From Gammaproteobacteria bacterium (GTDB lineage Bacteria; Pseudomonadota; Gammaproteobacteria; Ga0077536): a stretch of DNA of 64,000 bases. The stretch's first letter is position 1, and the number at the start of each line of letters is the position of its first letter. This document shows, in pieces, positions 52,044-62,319 of the stretch. Location: the NCBI GenBank assembly GCA_963662545.2, contig CAXXLL010000002.1, positions 1,440,001 through 1,504,000 of the forward strand, given 5' to 3'. The notes under the pieces are model-generated. The model made no database searches. It saw only the letters and a program-made list of their open reading frames with translations, and was not told the origin of the DNA. Position numbers and translations under genes: made by a program.

Positions 52044-53930
52044 CTAGCCTCCCCGTTCGATGTGCTGTGGGGTAGCCTGACTGGTACGCGAAACGATGAA
52101 GCCCACGCTCAACACGGTGATGATCGGGCCGACCGAGGCGAGCGCGAGGATACCGAAACCATCGGTCACGCCGGGTACGTTGGCGCCGATCCCGAGGCCC
52201 ATTGCCAGCACCAGCGGAACGGTGATCGGGCCCGTGGTGACGCCCGCGCTGTCCCATCCAAAATTGACGAATTCCTCGGACGAGAACCAGGTCAGCACCA
52301 GCAGCAATAAATAGGGCGGCACGAGCAAATAGCTCAGCGGAATGTTATAGGCGATCTTGAGAACGCCCGTCGCAATGCCGGCGCCGACTCCAATCGCGAC
52401 CGCTTGCATCAGCAGGCCTTTTCGAAACGCGCCGACAGTGATCTTCTCGACGGTGTTGCCGAGCGCGTTCAAGGCCGGCTCCGCGAGCGTCGCACCGTAG
52501 CCGAGGAAGAAACCGAAAGAGATGGCGACCAGTTTTCCGTAGAAAGCCGACGCGAACAGCGGACCCTCGAAGCCCGACATGCCCCATGGCGTCAGGCTCG
52601 CGAAGGTCGCGGGTACGTTACTGCCGAGCTGAGTGGCGAGTGGGCTCAGTCCCAAAGTGATGCCGAGCACGAACAGCGTCATGCCAAGCACGGCAAATCC
52701 GACCCCGATGAAAAGCTCGCCGCGATTCCGTAAAGGTTCTTTCAAGACGAGCTTCAAGGTGATGAACAGGAACAGGCACAGCGGGATGATCGCCTTCCCT
52801 GCGGTCGCCAGCGATTCCAGAAACCCGCGCGAAGCGTCCTGCTTCGGATCCCAGGTTACCGAGCTGACCAAGGTCGGGCGCTCTTTCGGCTTCTTCTCGA
52901 GAATGATATCGGTATCGCGCAGGACGATGCGTCCGTCATCAAGTAAACGGCGGCCGCCCTCGTAACGGATGCGGTAATCCTTTTCGATCAATCCGGTGAC
53001 GAGGAACTGCTCGAATTCGTCCTGCGAAAACCGGGGTGCCTCGCCGCTGGTGTCCTCGATGTCCGCCGGTCCGGGATCCGCCGGCCGTACATCAGCGCTT
53101 TCTTGGACATAGGCCGGGCGTCCAAAGTAATCATCGGCCTGGTAGTGGTACAGAGCGAGCAGCATGACTCCGACGATCGGGGCGAGGGAGGCAAGCGTTA
53201 CGATGCCAAAGCCGGCGTGGCTGGTTTCCCCGTCGCCGACGATGCGGCACACGCCGATCCCAAGTGCCAGTACCAGGGGTACCGTGACCGGCCCTGTCGT
53301 GACCGCCCCGCAGTCCCAGGCAAGTCCGAGAATCGGCTGCAGCACGGGATCGCTGTGCGCGAAGATCGTGAGCGCGAGGAGGATGCAGACGGTCGGAATG
53401 ATCAGGATCTTCAACGACCAACCGTAGAAGAACCGGAGGATCCCGAGCAGTACCGCAATACCGACGCCAATACCAACGGCGCCGACGAGTTGCCCCGAAA
53501 AATCGTTGAGCAGACTATAGAGCAGGGGCGCGTCGACGGGGCGGACGCCGCCGCCGGCCTGTTTTAGAATCGCGATTGCGGGCTCCGCGAAAGTGGCGCC
53601 GACGCCGAGCAGAAACGCAAAACCCAGGATGACGGGAAGCGGAGAATTGCGCGGCAATACCGCGCCGATCGTCTCGCCTAGCGGCATCAAACCGAGCCGC
53701 AGGCCCTCCATGAAAAACATCAGCCCGACGGCGACGACCACGATGCCAACGCCGATCATCGCGGCGTAGACGATCGGCAGACCGAGCACGAAGATCTGGA
53801 AAAACGCGAGATAAACCACGATGAACCAGATGGTCTTGAACTGATCGACGAGATTGTCGCGGAAATAAGGCCACAGGATCGCGAGTGTATTCCCGATCCC
53901 GAGTCGCACGGTGTGCTGTTGCTGGTTCAC
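52044..53930 (-). CDS. Double DUF1538 membrane protein
   Basis: Two copies of ATxAEPA and WDxxxVTTGPxTVPLVLAxGxG. Confidence 0.88.
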   Translation of the reverse strand: MNQQQHTVRLGIGNTLAILWPYFRDNLVDQFKTIWFIVVYLAFFQIFVLGLPIVYAAMIGVGIVVVAVGLMFFMEGLRLGLMPLGETIGAVLPRNSPLPVILGFAFLLGVGATFAEPAIAILKQAGGGVRPVDAPLLYSLLNDFSGQLVGAVGIGVGIAVLLGILRFFYGWSLKILIIPTVCILLALTIFAHSDPVLQPILGLAWDCGAVTTGPVTVPLVLALGIGVCRIVGDGETSHAGFGIVTLASLAPIVGVMLLALYHYQADDYFGRPAYVQESADVRPADPGPADIEDTSGEAPRFSQDEFEQFLVTGLIEKDYRIRYEGGRRLLDDGRIVLRDTDIILEKKPKERPTLVSSVTWDPKQDASRGFLESLATAGKAIIPLCLFLFITLKLVLKEPLRNRGELFIGVGFAVLGMTLFVLGITLGLSPLATQLGSNVPATFASLTPWGMSGFEGPLFASAFYGKLVAISFGFFLGYGATLAEPALNALGNTVEKITVGAFRKGLLMQAVAIGVGAGIATGVLKIAYNIPLSYLLVPPYLLLLVLTWFSSEEFVNFGWDSAGVTTGPITVPLVLAMGLGIGANVPGVTDGFGILALASVGPIITVLSVGFIVSRTSQATPQHIERGG

Positions 53931-54127
53931 CTGTAATCAGTTTCGGTAGGGTGATGAGATACACATATGCCATAGCGGCTCATCGGCCGCAATGGTCGGG
54001 CGCATCATCTTTTCACTGCGCCGGACGGTCATTTGCCGTGGCCAGAACCGGAAACGTGCCCTCGATGTATGATAATCGGTGTGGAAGGCAGTTCGGCAAT
54101 TCGGTATCAATGATAGAGGGCAAACGT

Positions 54128-54601
54128 ATGTTCTCCATTCGACTGGCGCGGCGGGCGGAAGCACGTGCCATTGCCATCATGAGCCGAGATTTAATCGAGA
54201 CGGGCCTCGGCTGGAGCTGGACACCGCCGAGGGTTCTGCGCAACATCCGCGATCGTAACACCAATGTCATCGTTGCCGTCGCCGGCGGTCGCATCGTCGG
54301 CTTTGCGGTAATGCGTTACCTCGAACAAGAAGCCCATTTGTTGCTGTTTGCGGTTTCGCCCCAGCGCCGACGGTCCGGTGTCGGTACTGCACTCATCGAA
54401 TGGCTGGAAAAAACGGCGCTGATCGCAGGCATCGAAACGATCCATCTCGAAGTGCGAGCCCGCAATAACGGTGCAAGGCGTTTTTACCGGCGCCTGGGAT
54501 ATGAAGAGGGTGATACGCTCCGCGGTTATTACCGCGGCGTCGAAGCGGCGGTGCGGATACGTCGCCGCCTTTGGCCAGCACTCAACACGAACGCGTCATG
54601 A
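54128..54601 (+). CDS. RimI-like GNAT acetyltransferase
   Basis: RRRSGVG, LEVRARNNGARRFY, GYY. Confidence 0.85.
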   Translation: MFSIRLARRAEARAIAIMSRDLIETGLGWSWTPPRVLRNIRDRNTNVIVAVAGGRIVGFAVMRYLEQEAHLLLFAVSPQRRRSGVGTALIEWLEKTALIAGIETIHLEVRARNNGARRFYRRLGYEEGDTLRGYYRGVEAAVRIRRRLWPALNTNAS

Positions 54602-54815
54602 TTCGAGCTCTTCGTATCTCTTTGAGGATTCGGCTTACCATTACACTACCTGGCGGCGGATCCGAAATCACAATATTTATTCATTGATACGACCGTATTT
54701 CCCGCCGCGCCGGACAATACCGGTACAATAGTCCGAGCATCTGGGCAACTGTATTCACGCTTGATCATGATTCGAACACCCCATAAGCCGGGCCACCACA
54801 CCCAAAAATCCTTAC

Positions 54816-55436
54816 GTGTCTAGTGTCATCGTAATCGGGATCGAAGCTGCCGCGTGGGGCGGGCGGCACTTGCTCCGCAGGGCGGTGCTCTATTTCGCAT
54901 TTGCGCTGTTCGTGCTCGACGCCTTCGTGATGGGACAGGGCCTAGTGGCGGCTGTCATCCTGCTCTGCGTGGGCGCGTGGCTACTGCCCAAGGCCTATTT
55001 GTTTTCCCTCGCCGGACGCAACAGCCGACCGATCCTGCGGTTCGCGGGCGCGCTTGCGATCGCCGCCGTCGCCATTATGTCGACGATCAACTTCAACAAC
55101 CGCGTGGCGCAGGATCGTGCCGAAGGCCTGGTCGCGGCCATCGAATCATACCGCTCGGTCAATGGCAGCTACCCTGCTGATCTCGACCAACTGGTGCCGG
55201 GCTACGTCGAGGACGTACCAATAGTCAAATACACGATGAGCTTCAATCGTTTCATCTATCTGAACCGTGGTGATCGCGCCTTCCTGGGGTACGTAGACAT
55301 TCCTCCGTTTGGCCGCCCGTATTATGATTTCCTCGCAAAGCGCTGGCGTTACCTCGAGGTTTCCCGTTGGCCGGCCGACTTCGCCGCAGCCGCGATGTTT
55401 TCCCCCACGAGATCCGCCTCCACGCCCGCACGATAG
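54816..55436 (+). CDS. Hypothetical membrane protein
   Basis: Three TM segments, then pilin-like AIESY...YPADLDQLVPGY. Confidence 0.6.
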   Translation: MSSVIVIGIEAAAWGGRHLLRRAVLYFAFALFVLDAFVMGQGLVAAVILLCVGAWLLPKAYLFSLAGRNSRPILRFAGALAIAAVAIMSTINFNNRVAQDRAEGLVAAIESYRSVNGSYPADLDQLVPGYVEDVPIVKYTMSFNRFIYLNRGDRAFLGYVDIPPFGRPYYDFLAKRWRYLEVSRWPADFAAAAMFSPTRSASTPAR

Positions 55437-55532
55437 ATGCCGATCGCCGTTCGCGTGACCGGCATTGAATGTTCTACCGCGTCCGTTTGCGGGCGCGCCG
55501 CAGTGCCGTCTTCGGGATCCAGGAATTCAATC

Positions 55533-56438
55533 ATGAAAGTGGTATTCGTGATCTGGTCGTTCATGCTGGCCGTCACCGTTGCCCAGCCGCTGCAGGCGGA
55601 TTCCCGCTCTTGGACATTTAGTGAGAACAATAACCGCATAATCGAAGCACAGCGCGGCAGCGGTAATAGTCGCAAGGCGGGTACGATCAAGCTCACGTAT
55701 TACGGCCACATGGCGTTCAAAATTACCTCACCTGAGGGTCTCGAAATATTGATCGATCCCTGGCGTAACGATCCCTCCGGCGTCTGGGGCCTCTGGTTTC
55801 CGCAACCGTTCCCGGAGATCAGCGTCGATGCCGTCCTGTCCACCCACGCGCATTTCGATCACGACGCCGTGTACAGGCCGCACTCGGTGATGGTGTTGGA
55901 GCGGCTCGCCGGTGAATTCAGCCTCGGTGACGTCAAGCTTATTGGGCTAGCCGACAAACATGTCTGTACGGCTCCGGGCTGGTATGAATGGCACCTGTCC
56001 GCGCGAGAGTTCGAACAGGATTTTTGCCCGCCCCGGAATCACCTGCACATGGACAATTTCGTTCAGGTGATCGAAACGGGCGGCCTTTCGATCGCGCATT
56101 GGGGAGACAATCGGCCGCGTCCGGCGCGGTTTGTCGACGGGGCATTGAAAGGCATCGACGTGCTGATACTGCCCGTCGACGATTCCTTACATCTGTTGAG
56201 TGAAGCGGATATTGAAGCGGCGATTCAACGCTATCGGCCCAAGATTGTCATTCCGGCGCATTACCGCATGAAGATCGTCAGCAGTGTGTTGACTACTCTC
56301 GGTACCGCCGAACAGTGGGTTGAGAAACAGAAGGACGTCGTGCGGATGACAGAGCCGTTTCTCTTTCTCAATCCAGAGGAAATAGCATCATTCGATCGAA
56401 GGGTTATCTATTTTGGCGACGTCTTCGCGCGCGAATGA
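55533..56438 (+). CDS. Exported MBL-fold metallo-hydrolase
   Basis: Signal peptide, IDPW, THAHFDH, HWGD, IPAHY. Confidence 0.88.
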   Translation: MKVVFVIWSFMLAVTVAQPLQADSRSWTFSENNNRIIEAQRGSGNSRKAGTIKLTYYGHMAFKITSPEGLEILIDPWRNDPSGVWGLWFPQPFPEISVDAVLSTHAHFDHDAVYRPHSVMVLERLAGEFSLGDVKLIGLADKHVCTAPGWYEWHLSAREFEQDFCPPRNHLHMDNFVQVIETGGLSIAHWGDNRPRPARFVDGALKGIDVLILPVDDSLHLLSEADIEAAIQRYRPKIVIPAHYRMKIVSSVLTTLGTAEQWVEKQKDVVRMTEPFLFLNPEEIASFDRRVIYFGDVFARE

Positions 56439-56626
56439 AGCGCGGGATATTTCATTCGCTGTAGCGCGACAGCCGCATGGCTAGGATCCCGCCCGTCCTT
56501 TGACAAAACCGCCTGCGCAATCGGATATCATGGACGATCGGTTAATAGGCTGTTGAACGCTGGAGTTCAGGACCGCTCGATACCGGCCGGGCAGCCAGAA
56601 GCAAACAAGGCACCAGGAGAATTATC

Positions 56627-57124
56627 ATGGCATCAGTTCCAGTTCCCGTAACACTCGGAGGTATCCCGGAGGCGATGCATCGCGGCCCCGAAGACTTGCC
56701 ATTCGTCCCTTTTACCGACGGCGTGGTATTTCAGTTATTGCAGGTCGACGTGGAATTCGGTCTGTGGGTCGTGCGTACGCATTTTGAACCCGGTGTTACG
56801 ATTCAACGCCACCGGCATACCGGTGAGGTTTATGCGGTTACGTTTTCCGGGGCCTGGAAGTACCTGGAATACCCTGGAACCGTCAACCGCGCGTTCTCGT
56901 ATTTGTTCGAACCGGCCGGCTCGACTCACACGTTGACGACCGACGTCACGGGGGTCGATGAAATTACCGACATCTGGTTTGCTATTCGGGGCGCCAATCT
57001 GAACCTCGACGAGGATGGCAACGTAGAGAGCGTACTGGATGCCGGGTGCATCCTGGAACTCTATGAGGACGAGTGCGCGAAAGCGGGTCACGCCAAACCA
57101 AATGTGATTCAGGCGCACGCCTGA
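56627..57124 (+). CDS. Cupin, 2,4'-dihydroxyacetophenone dioxygenase/ChrR-like
   Basis: HRHTG, GAWKYLEY, YLFEPAGSTHTL. Confidence 0.85.
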   Translation: MASVPVPVTLGGIPEAMHRGPEDLPFVPFTDGVVFQLLQVDVEFGLWVVRTHFEPGVTIQRHRHTGEVYAVTFSGAWKYLEYPGTVNRAFSYLFEPAGSTHTLTTDVTGVDEITDIWFAIRGANLNLDEDGNVESVLDAGCILELYEDECAKAGHAKPNVIQAHA

Positions 57125-57193
57125 AATCCGGCCAGGGCAGACGCTAAGAAGGCTCCGGGTGGACTGTCGTTCGATAGGCCGATCGCCCGGCGC

Positions 57194-57844
57194 TTAATAC
57201 AGTTCGTTCTTGTAGTTGTCTTCGACGAATTCGTCTGCCGCCCTGATCGCTTCTTCAGCGGGTGGGTCGTTAGGTGGCGCTATCTGCTCCAGTACCATCC
57301 TGGCAAGAGACGGCATTTCCTTGCGGTCCCGTTTGCTGGCTTCATCCCAGAGCTTGGAACGTTTAATGGCTTTCGCGCAGTGCAGGTAAGCCTCGTCGAC
57401 CGCGACGCGGATGCCGATTTTAGGCGTTTTGCCCTTGACCCTGGCCTCGTCGAGTAGTGCCTCGTCATGGATGATCGTCGCCTGCCCGTTTACGCGTAGC
57501 GTGACTTCGAATCCGGGTACCAGAAAGAAAATGCCGACGTTCGGGTTCTCAATAATATTGGTCATCGTGTCCAGACGGTTGTTGCCGGGGCGATCTGGAA
57601 TGAACAGCGTATGCTCGTCGAGCACCTGAACGAATCCCGGGCTGTCCCCGCGCGGTGAGACATCGGCCCGTCCATCGGCAGAGGCGGTCCCGATACAAAT
57701 GAACGGGGAGCGTTCGATGTAGGCTTTGCAGTGCTTGTCGAGATGGTCGATCGCTTTGGCTACGGCGAGGTCCATCGGCTTGCCGATGAATTCGCGCAGT
57801 TCGTTTTCACTCGAAAACATATGTTGCGCTGGATTCGCTGCCAC
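57194..57844 (-). CDS. Pyridoxamine 5'-phosphate oxidase-like FMN-binding protein (MSMEG_1061 type)
   Basis: DVSPRGD, PDRPGNNRLDT, YLHCAKA..RSKLW. Confidence 0.9.
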   Translation of the reverse strand: MAANPAQHMFSSENELREFIGKPMDLAVAKAIDHLDKHCKAYIERSPFICIGTASADGRADVSPRGDSPGFVQVLDEHTLFIPDRPGNNRLDTMTNIIENPNVGIFFLVPGFEVTLRVNGQATIIHDEALLDEARVKGKTPKIGIRVAVDEAYLHCAKAIKRSKLWDEASKRDRKEMPSLARMVLEQIAPPNDPPAEEAIRAADEFVEDNYKNELY

Positions 57845-58027
57845 CTTGCCCTACCTCCGTTGAACCGTAATCGGTGAGAATATAGCAAATATCTTTTCAG
57901 GTTTAGGAACCGAACGCGCGCGGCGCCCGCTCAGGGCATCGGTCGTTGTTCGATGCTGCACTGCAATATATAATCGCAAGGTGATACGGGAACATTGGGA
58001 TCCCTCATCGGGATGGGGAGAAACACG

Positions 58028-59584
58028 ATGAAAATCGCCGTGCCGCGAGAGGTACATGCGGGTGAACGGCGCGTCGCAACGACGCCGGAGGTTGTCAAAC
58101 CGCTGATCGATCTTGGTTTCGAGGTGGTCGTCGAAAGCGGTGCGGGGACGGCTGCGAATTTTTCCGACGCGGCCTATGCCCATGCAGGTGCAGCGGTCGA
58201 AACGGATGTGAAAAAACTCTGGGACGAGGCGGATATTATTCTCAAGGTTCGTGCGCCTGAACAGCATCCGGATCTGGACAGTCACGAATCGAAGTTCCTG
58301 CGCAAGGGTCACACGCTCATCGCGTTCATCTGGCCCGGCCAGAATCCCGATCTCATGGAAACACTTGCCGCGACCGGCGCGACCGTGCTCGCGATGGACA
58401 GTGTGCCGCGCATATCACGCGCCCAGCAGATGGACGCATTGAGCTCGATGGCCAATGTCGGGGGCTACCGCGCGATCATCGAGGCCGCCAACCATTTCGG
58501 GCGTTTCTTTACCGGGCAGATCACTGCCGCAGGCAAAATGCCGCCGGCGAAGGTGTTGATCATCGGCGCCGGTGTCGCCGGGCTCTCGGCGGTCGGCACG
58601 GCCAAGAGCATGGGTGCAATCGTACGCGCGTTCGATACGCGCCTCGAAGTCAAGGAACAGGTCGAAAGCATGGATGCCGAGTTTCTCGAGTTGAAGTTCG
58701 CCGAAGAAGGCGTCGGCGAGGGTGGCTATGCCAAAACCATGAGTGCAGAGTTCATCAAGGCCGAAATGGAACTGTTCGCCGAGCAGGCGCGGGAAGTGGA
58801 CATTATCGTCACGACCGCACTGATCCCTGGCAAACCGGCGCCGAGGCTGATCACCGCCGATATGGTCGCATCGATGAAAAGCGGCAGTGTGATCGTCGAC
58901 CTCGCCGCCGAGCAGGGCGGCAATTGTGAATTGACGCGGCCGGGTGAAGTGGTCGAGCGCAATGACGTGACGATCATTGGCTATACGGATCTGCCGAGCC
59001 GACTGGCGACGCAATCGAGCCAGTTGTACGCGACCAACCTGCGCCACTTGTTGACCGAACTGGCGCCTGAAGCAGACGGCACCCTTGTCATCGATATGGA
59101 AGACGAAGTGATCCGGGGCGCCACCGTCATTAAGGACGGCGAGGTCACCTGGCCGCCGCCACCGCCCAAATTGTCTGCCGCGCCCCCGAAGAAGGTCGAA
59201 GCCGAAAAGCCGCCGCCGGGGCCGGCGGGCGAACGCAAGAAAAATACTTGGGGCTCCGCGTTGTTGCTGGTCTTGGGCGCAATCGCGTTATGGGGTCTCG
59301 GCCGCGTGGCGCCGCCCGAATTCATGTCGCATTTTACGGTCTTCGTATTGGCCTGCTTCGTCGGCTACCAGGTTGTCTGGAACGTCACGCCGGCGCTGCA
59401 TACGCCCTTGATGAGCGAGACCAATGCCATCAGCGGCATCATCGTCATCGGCGCCTTGCTGCAGATATCGACCGATTCAGTCTTGATTACCGTGCTGGCG
59501 GCGCTCGCAATCGTGATCGCGACGATCAACGTAGCCGGCGGATTCCTGGTAACCCAGCGCATGTTGCGGATGTTTCGAAAGTAG
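58028..59584 (+). CDS. pntA: NAD(P) transhydrogenase subunit alpha
   Basis: [33 protein letters not shown]. Confidence 0.97.
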   Translation: MKIAVPREVHAGERRVATTPEVVKPLIDLGFEVVVESGAGTAANFSDAAYAHAGAAVETDVKKLWDEADIILKVRAPEQHPDLDSHESKFLRKGHTLIAFIWPGQNPDLMETLAATGATVLAMDSVPRISRAQQMDALSSMANVGGYRAIIEAANHFGRFFTGQITAAGKMPPAKVLIIGAGVAGLSAVGTAKSMGAIVRAFDTRLEVKEQVESMDAEFLELKFAEEGVGEGGYAKTMSAEFIKAEMELFAEQAREVDIIVTTALIPGKPAPRLITADMVASMKSGSVIVDLAAEQGGNCELTRPGEVVERNDVTIIGYTDLPSRLATQSSQLYATNLRHLLTELAPEADGTLVIDMEDEVIRGATVIKDGEVTWPPPPPKLSAAPPKKVEAEKPPPGPAGERKKNTWGSALLLVLGAIALWGLGRVAPPEFMSHFTVFVLACFVGYQVVWNVTPALHTPLMSETNAISGIIVIGALLQISTDSVLITVLAALAIVIATINVAGGFLVTQRMLRMFRK

Positions 59585-59593
59585 GGGCGGGAA

Positions 59594-60982
59594 ATGGCAC
59601 CCGGAATCGTTACTGCAAGCTACATCATCGCCGCCGTTCTGTTCATCCTGAGCCTCGGGGGCTTGAGCCATCCCGAAACGGCAAGGCGCGGAAACGCCTA
59701 CGGCATGGCCGGCATGGTCATCGCCATCACCGCGACCATTCTCGGGAGCCAGGTGACGGACTACGTTGTCCTGATCATGGTGATGTTGATCGGCAGCACC
59801 CTCGGGGTGATAGCCGCGCGGCGCGTGCAGATGACCGAGATGCCCGAATTGGTCGCGATCCTTCACAGCTTCGTCGGCCTGGCTGCCGTATTGATAGGGT
59901 TCGCAACCTACATCGGCGGCGACGATCATTTACAGGGAGCGGAACGCACGCTACACGAGGTCGAGATCTACTTAGGCGTACTCATCGGTGCCGTCACCTT
60001 CACCGGCTCGGTCATCGCCTTCGGTAAGCTGCGCGGCCTGATTGACGGCAAGCCGATGTTGATCCCGGCACGACACTGGATCAACCTCATCCTGGCTGTC
60101 GTCTGCATCTGGCTGGGCACTGAATTCGTCGGCGGCGAATCGATGGGAACGGGCGTCCTGCTCCTGCTCGTCATGACCTTTATCGCTTTCACCTACGGCG
60201 TTCACATGGTGATGGCGATCGGCGGCGCAGATATGCCCGTCGTCGTGTCCATGCTGAACAGTTATTCGGGCTGGGCCGCTGCGGCAACCGGTTTCATGCT
60301 ATCCAACGATCTCTTGATCGTGACGGGTGCGCTGGTCGGGTCGAGCGGTGCAATATTGAGTTACATCATGTGCCGTGCGATGAACCGACATTTTCTGGCG
60401 GTGATTGCTGGTGGTTTCGGTACTTCCGGCGGCGGCTCAGGGGTCATCATCGATGGCGAAGTGGAGTCGGTAATGGCCGAGGGTGCGGCGGAGCTGCTGC
60501 GCGAGGCCAGGCAGGTAGTTATCGTACCGGGCTACGGCATGGCCGTCGCGCACGCACAGAACACGGTGTTTGAAATAACCAAGGTTCTGCGAGACCTAGG
60601 CAAGACGGTCCGGTTCGCGATTCATCCCGTGGCGGGTCGCATGCCCGGCCATATGAATGTCCTCCTCGCCGAAGCGCACGTGCCCTATGACATGGTGTTC
60701 GAAATGGACGAGATCAACGAGGACTTTCCGGAGACGGACGTGGTGCTGGTGATCGGCGCCAATGACATCGTCAATCCCTCGGCGCAGGAGGAGCCGGACA
60801 GCCCGATCGCCGGCATGCCCGTCCTCGAGGTCTGGAAAGCGGGGACCGCCGTGGTGCTCAAACGCAGCATGGCCACCGGTTACGCGGGGGTCGATAACCC
60901 GCTCTTTTTTCGCACGAATACGCGGATGTTGTTCGGCGACGCCAAGCAAAGTCTCGACGCCGTGCTTGCGGTATTGCATTAG
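59594..60982 (+). CDS. pntB: NAD(P) transhydrogenase subunit beta
   Basis: [35 protein letters not shown]. Confidence 0.97.
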   Translation: MAPGIVTASYIIAAVLFILSLGGLSHPETARRGNAYGMAGMVIAITATILGSQVTDYVVLIMVMLIGSTLGVIAARRVQMTEMPELVAILHSFVGLAAVLIGFATYIGGDDHLQGAERTLHEVEIYLGVLIGAVTFTGSVIAFGKLRGLIDGKPMLIPARHWINLILAVVCIWLGTEFVGGESMGTGVLLLLVMTFIAFTYGVHMVMAIGGADMPVVVSMLNSYSGWAAAATGFMLSNDLLIVTGALVGSSGAILSYIMCRAMNRHFLAVIAGGFGTSGGGSGVIIDGEVESVMAEGAAELLREARQVVIVPGYGMAVAHAQNTVFEITKVLRDLGKTVRFAIHPVAGRMPGHMNVLLAEAHVPYDMVFEMDEINEDFPETDVVLVIGANDIVNPSAQEEPDSPIAGMPVLEVWKAGTAVVLKRSMATGYAGVDNPLFFRTNTRMLFGDAKQSLDAVLAVLH

Positions 60983-60986
60983 CACG

Positions 60987-61021
60987 CTGTTAAAAAACGA
61001 TAGGAAATCGTTTTTTAACAG
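60987..61021. repeat. Perfect 15-bp inverted repeat after pntB
   Basis: CTGTTAAAAAACGAT-AGGAA-ATCGTTTTTTAACAG. Confidence 0.7.
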
Positions 61022-61072
61022 GTCTCGAACAACTGAACGGTCTCGGGCCTCAGTAATACCGGAGAGTAAAAC

Positions 61073-62155
61073 ATGATTGAACCGTATAACGCTGTCGGGC
61101 TGATCCCGACGGTCTGGGGCATCTCGAAACGCGCGGACATCATGCGCAACATCGAGCACCAGAAGCACATGGTCAAGGCGGCCTGCTGGCTTGCGGGCCT
61201 GGATCTGCCGGTGCGCTTGATCGCGTTTCCCGAAGGTGCCTTGCAGGCCTTTAACGACGAAGTGCTCGATCTGGATCACGCGACCTTTGCGCGCGAGTGT
61301 GCCATCGACATCCCCGGACCGGAAACCGATGCGCTGGGAGCGATTGCGCGTGAATACGAGGTCTTTATCATGGCGCAGGCCAAAGCGCGACATCCCGAGT
61401 TCGAGGATCGCTTTTTCAATATCGGTTTCATTCTGAATCCCGATGGCGAGGTCATTTTGCAGCACCACAAGGTCGCGCCGCTCTATCCGGTCGAGCACTC
61501 GGTCTGTCCGCACGACGTCTTCGATTGGTGGATCGAGCGTTATGGCCGGACCCTGGACGCGTTCTGGCCGGTGGTGGACACTGAGATCGGGCGCATGGGC
61601 ATCATGATGGCTAACGAAGGCTCTTATCCTGAACACGCCCGTGGCCTGGCCATGAACGGCGCTGAAATCGTCTACCGCGCTTCGATTCCGCACCCCGCCG
61701 CTTCGAACGATTACTTCGAGATCCAAACCCGTGCGCGCGCGCTCGACAACAACATGTACGTCATCGCACCCAATCTGGGGACCTACTACCTGACGGCGGA
61801 TTCCGAGGTGCCCATCGACACTTTCGGCGGCCATTCCTACATCGTCGACTACCGCGGACAGATCGTCGGGCGCCAGGAGTACGGTGGTGTATCGACCAGC
61901 GTCTGCGGCCCGATAAACGTCGAAGCATTGCGCTATCACCGGACACATTCGAAATGGACCAACTGGATAAAGGATCTGCGCACGGAGATGATCCAATTGA
62001 TCTACGAGCAGCCCATTTATCCCAAGAATCTCTATGCCGATAGAGCGCCGATGGACCACGCGGAATACCAGCGTGAGGTGATCGATCGACAGATCAATCT
62101 GATGATAGAGCGGGGTATCTGGAAAGCGCCGTCCGAACCCAAGGGTGGGTCCTAA
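61073..62155 (+). CDS. Nitrilase-superfamily carbon-nitrogen hydrolase homolog
   Basis: FPEG, HHK, PVVDTEIG, ARALDN motifs. Confidence 0.88.
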   Translation: MIEPYNAVGLIPTVWGISKRADIMRNIEHQKHMVKAACWLAGLDLPVRLIAFPEGALQAFNDEVLDLDHATFARECAIDIPGPETDALGAIAREYEVFIMAQAKARHPEFEDRFFNIGFILNPDGEVILQHHKVAPLYPVEHSVCPHDVFDWWIERYGRTLDAFWPVVDTEIGRMGIMMANEGSYPEHARGLAMNGAEIVYRASIPHPAASNDYFEIQTRARALDNNMYVIAPNLGTYYLTADSEVPIDTFGGHSYIVDYRGQIVGRQEYGGVSTSVCGPINVEALRYHRTHSKWTNWIKDLRTEMIQLIYEQPIYPKNLYADRAPMDHAEYQREVIDRQINLMIERGIWKAPSEPKGGS

Positions 62156-62319
62156 TAGTTAGGATCTTGGGTTGAATTGATAAGTTAACGCGCTACCGAG
62201 CGACAAAATATAACCACGGAGAACACAAAGGACACGAAGGGCAGAAAAAGTGGCCGTTTACATGCCATATTTTGCCGTTTTTTCAGTGTTATTCGTGGTT
62301 CATTTAAACGGAGGCAGTG

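Noticed and set aside
57997-58008. GGGGATCCCTCA matching the IS10-like end upstream of pntA
   Set aside because: Only 12 nt, lacks the terminal G and a partner end; probably chance.
60596-62059. Long antisense ORFs (487 aa here; also 1601-2617, 24788-25744, 31203-32120)
   Set aside because: They are shadows of real genes in GC-rich DNA and have no motifs.
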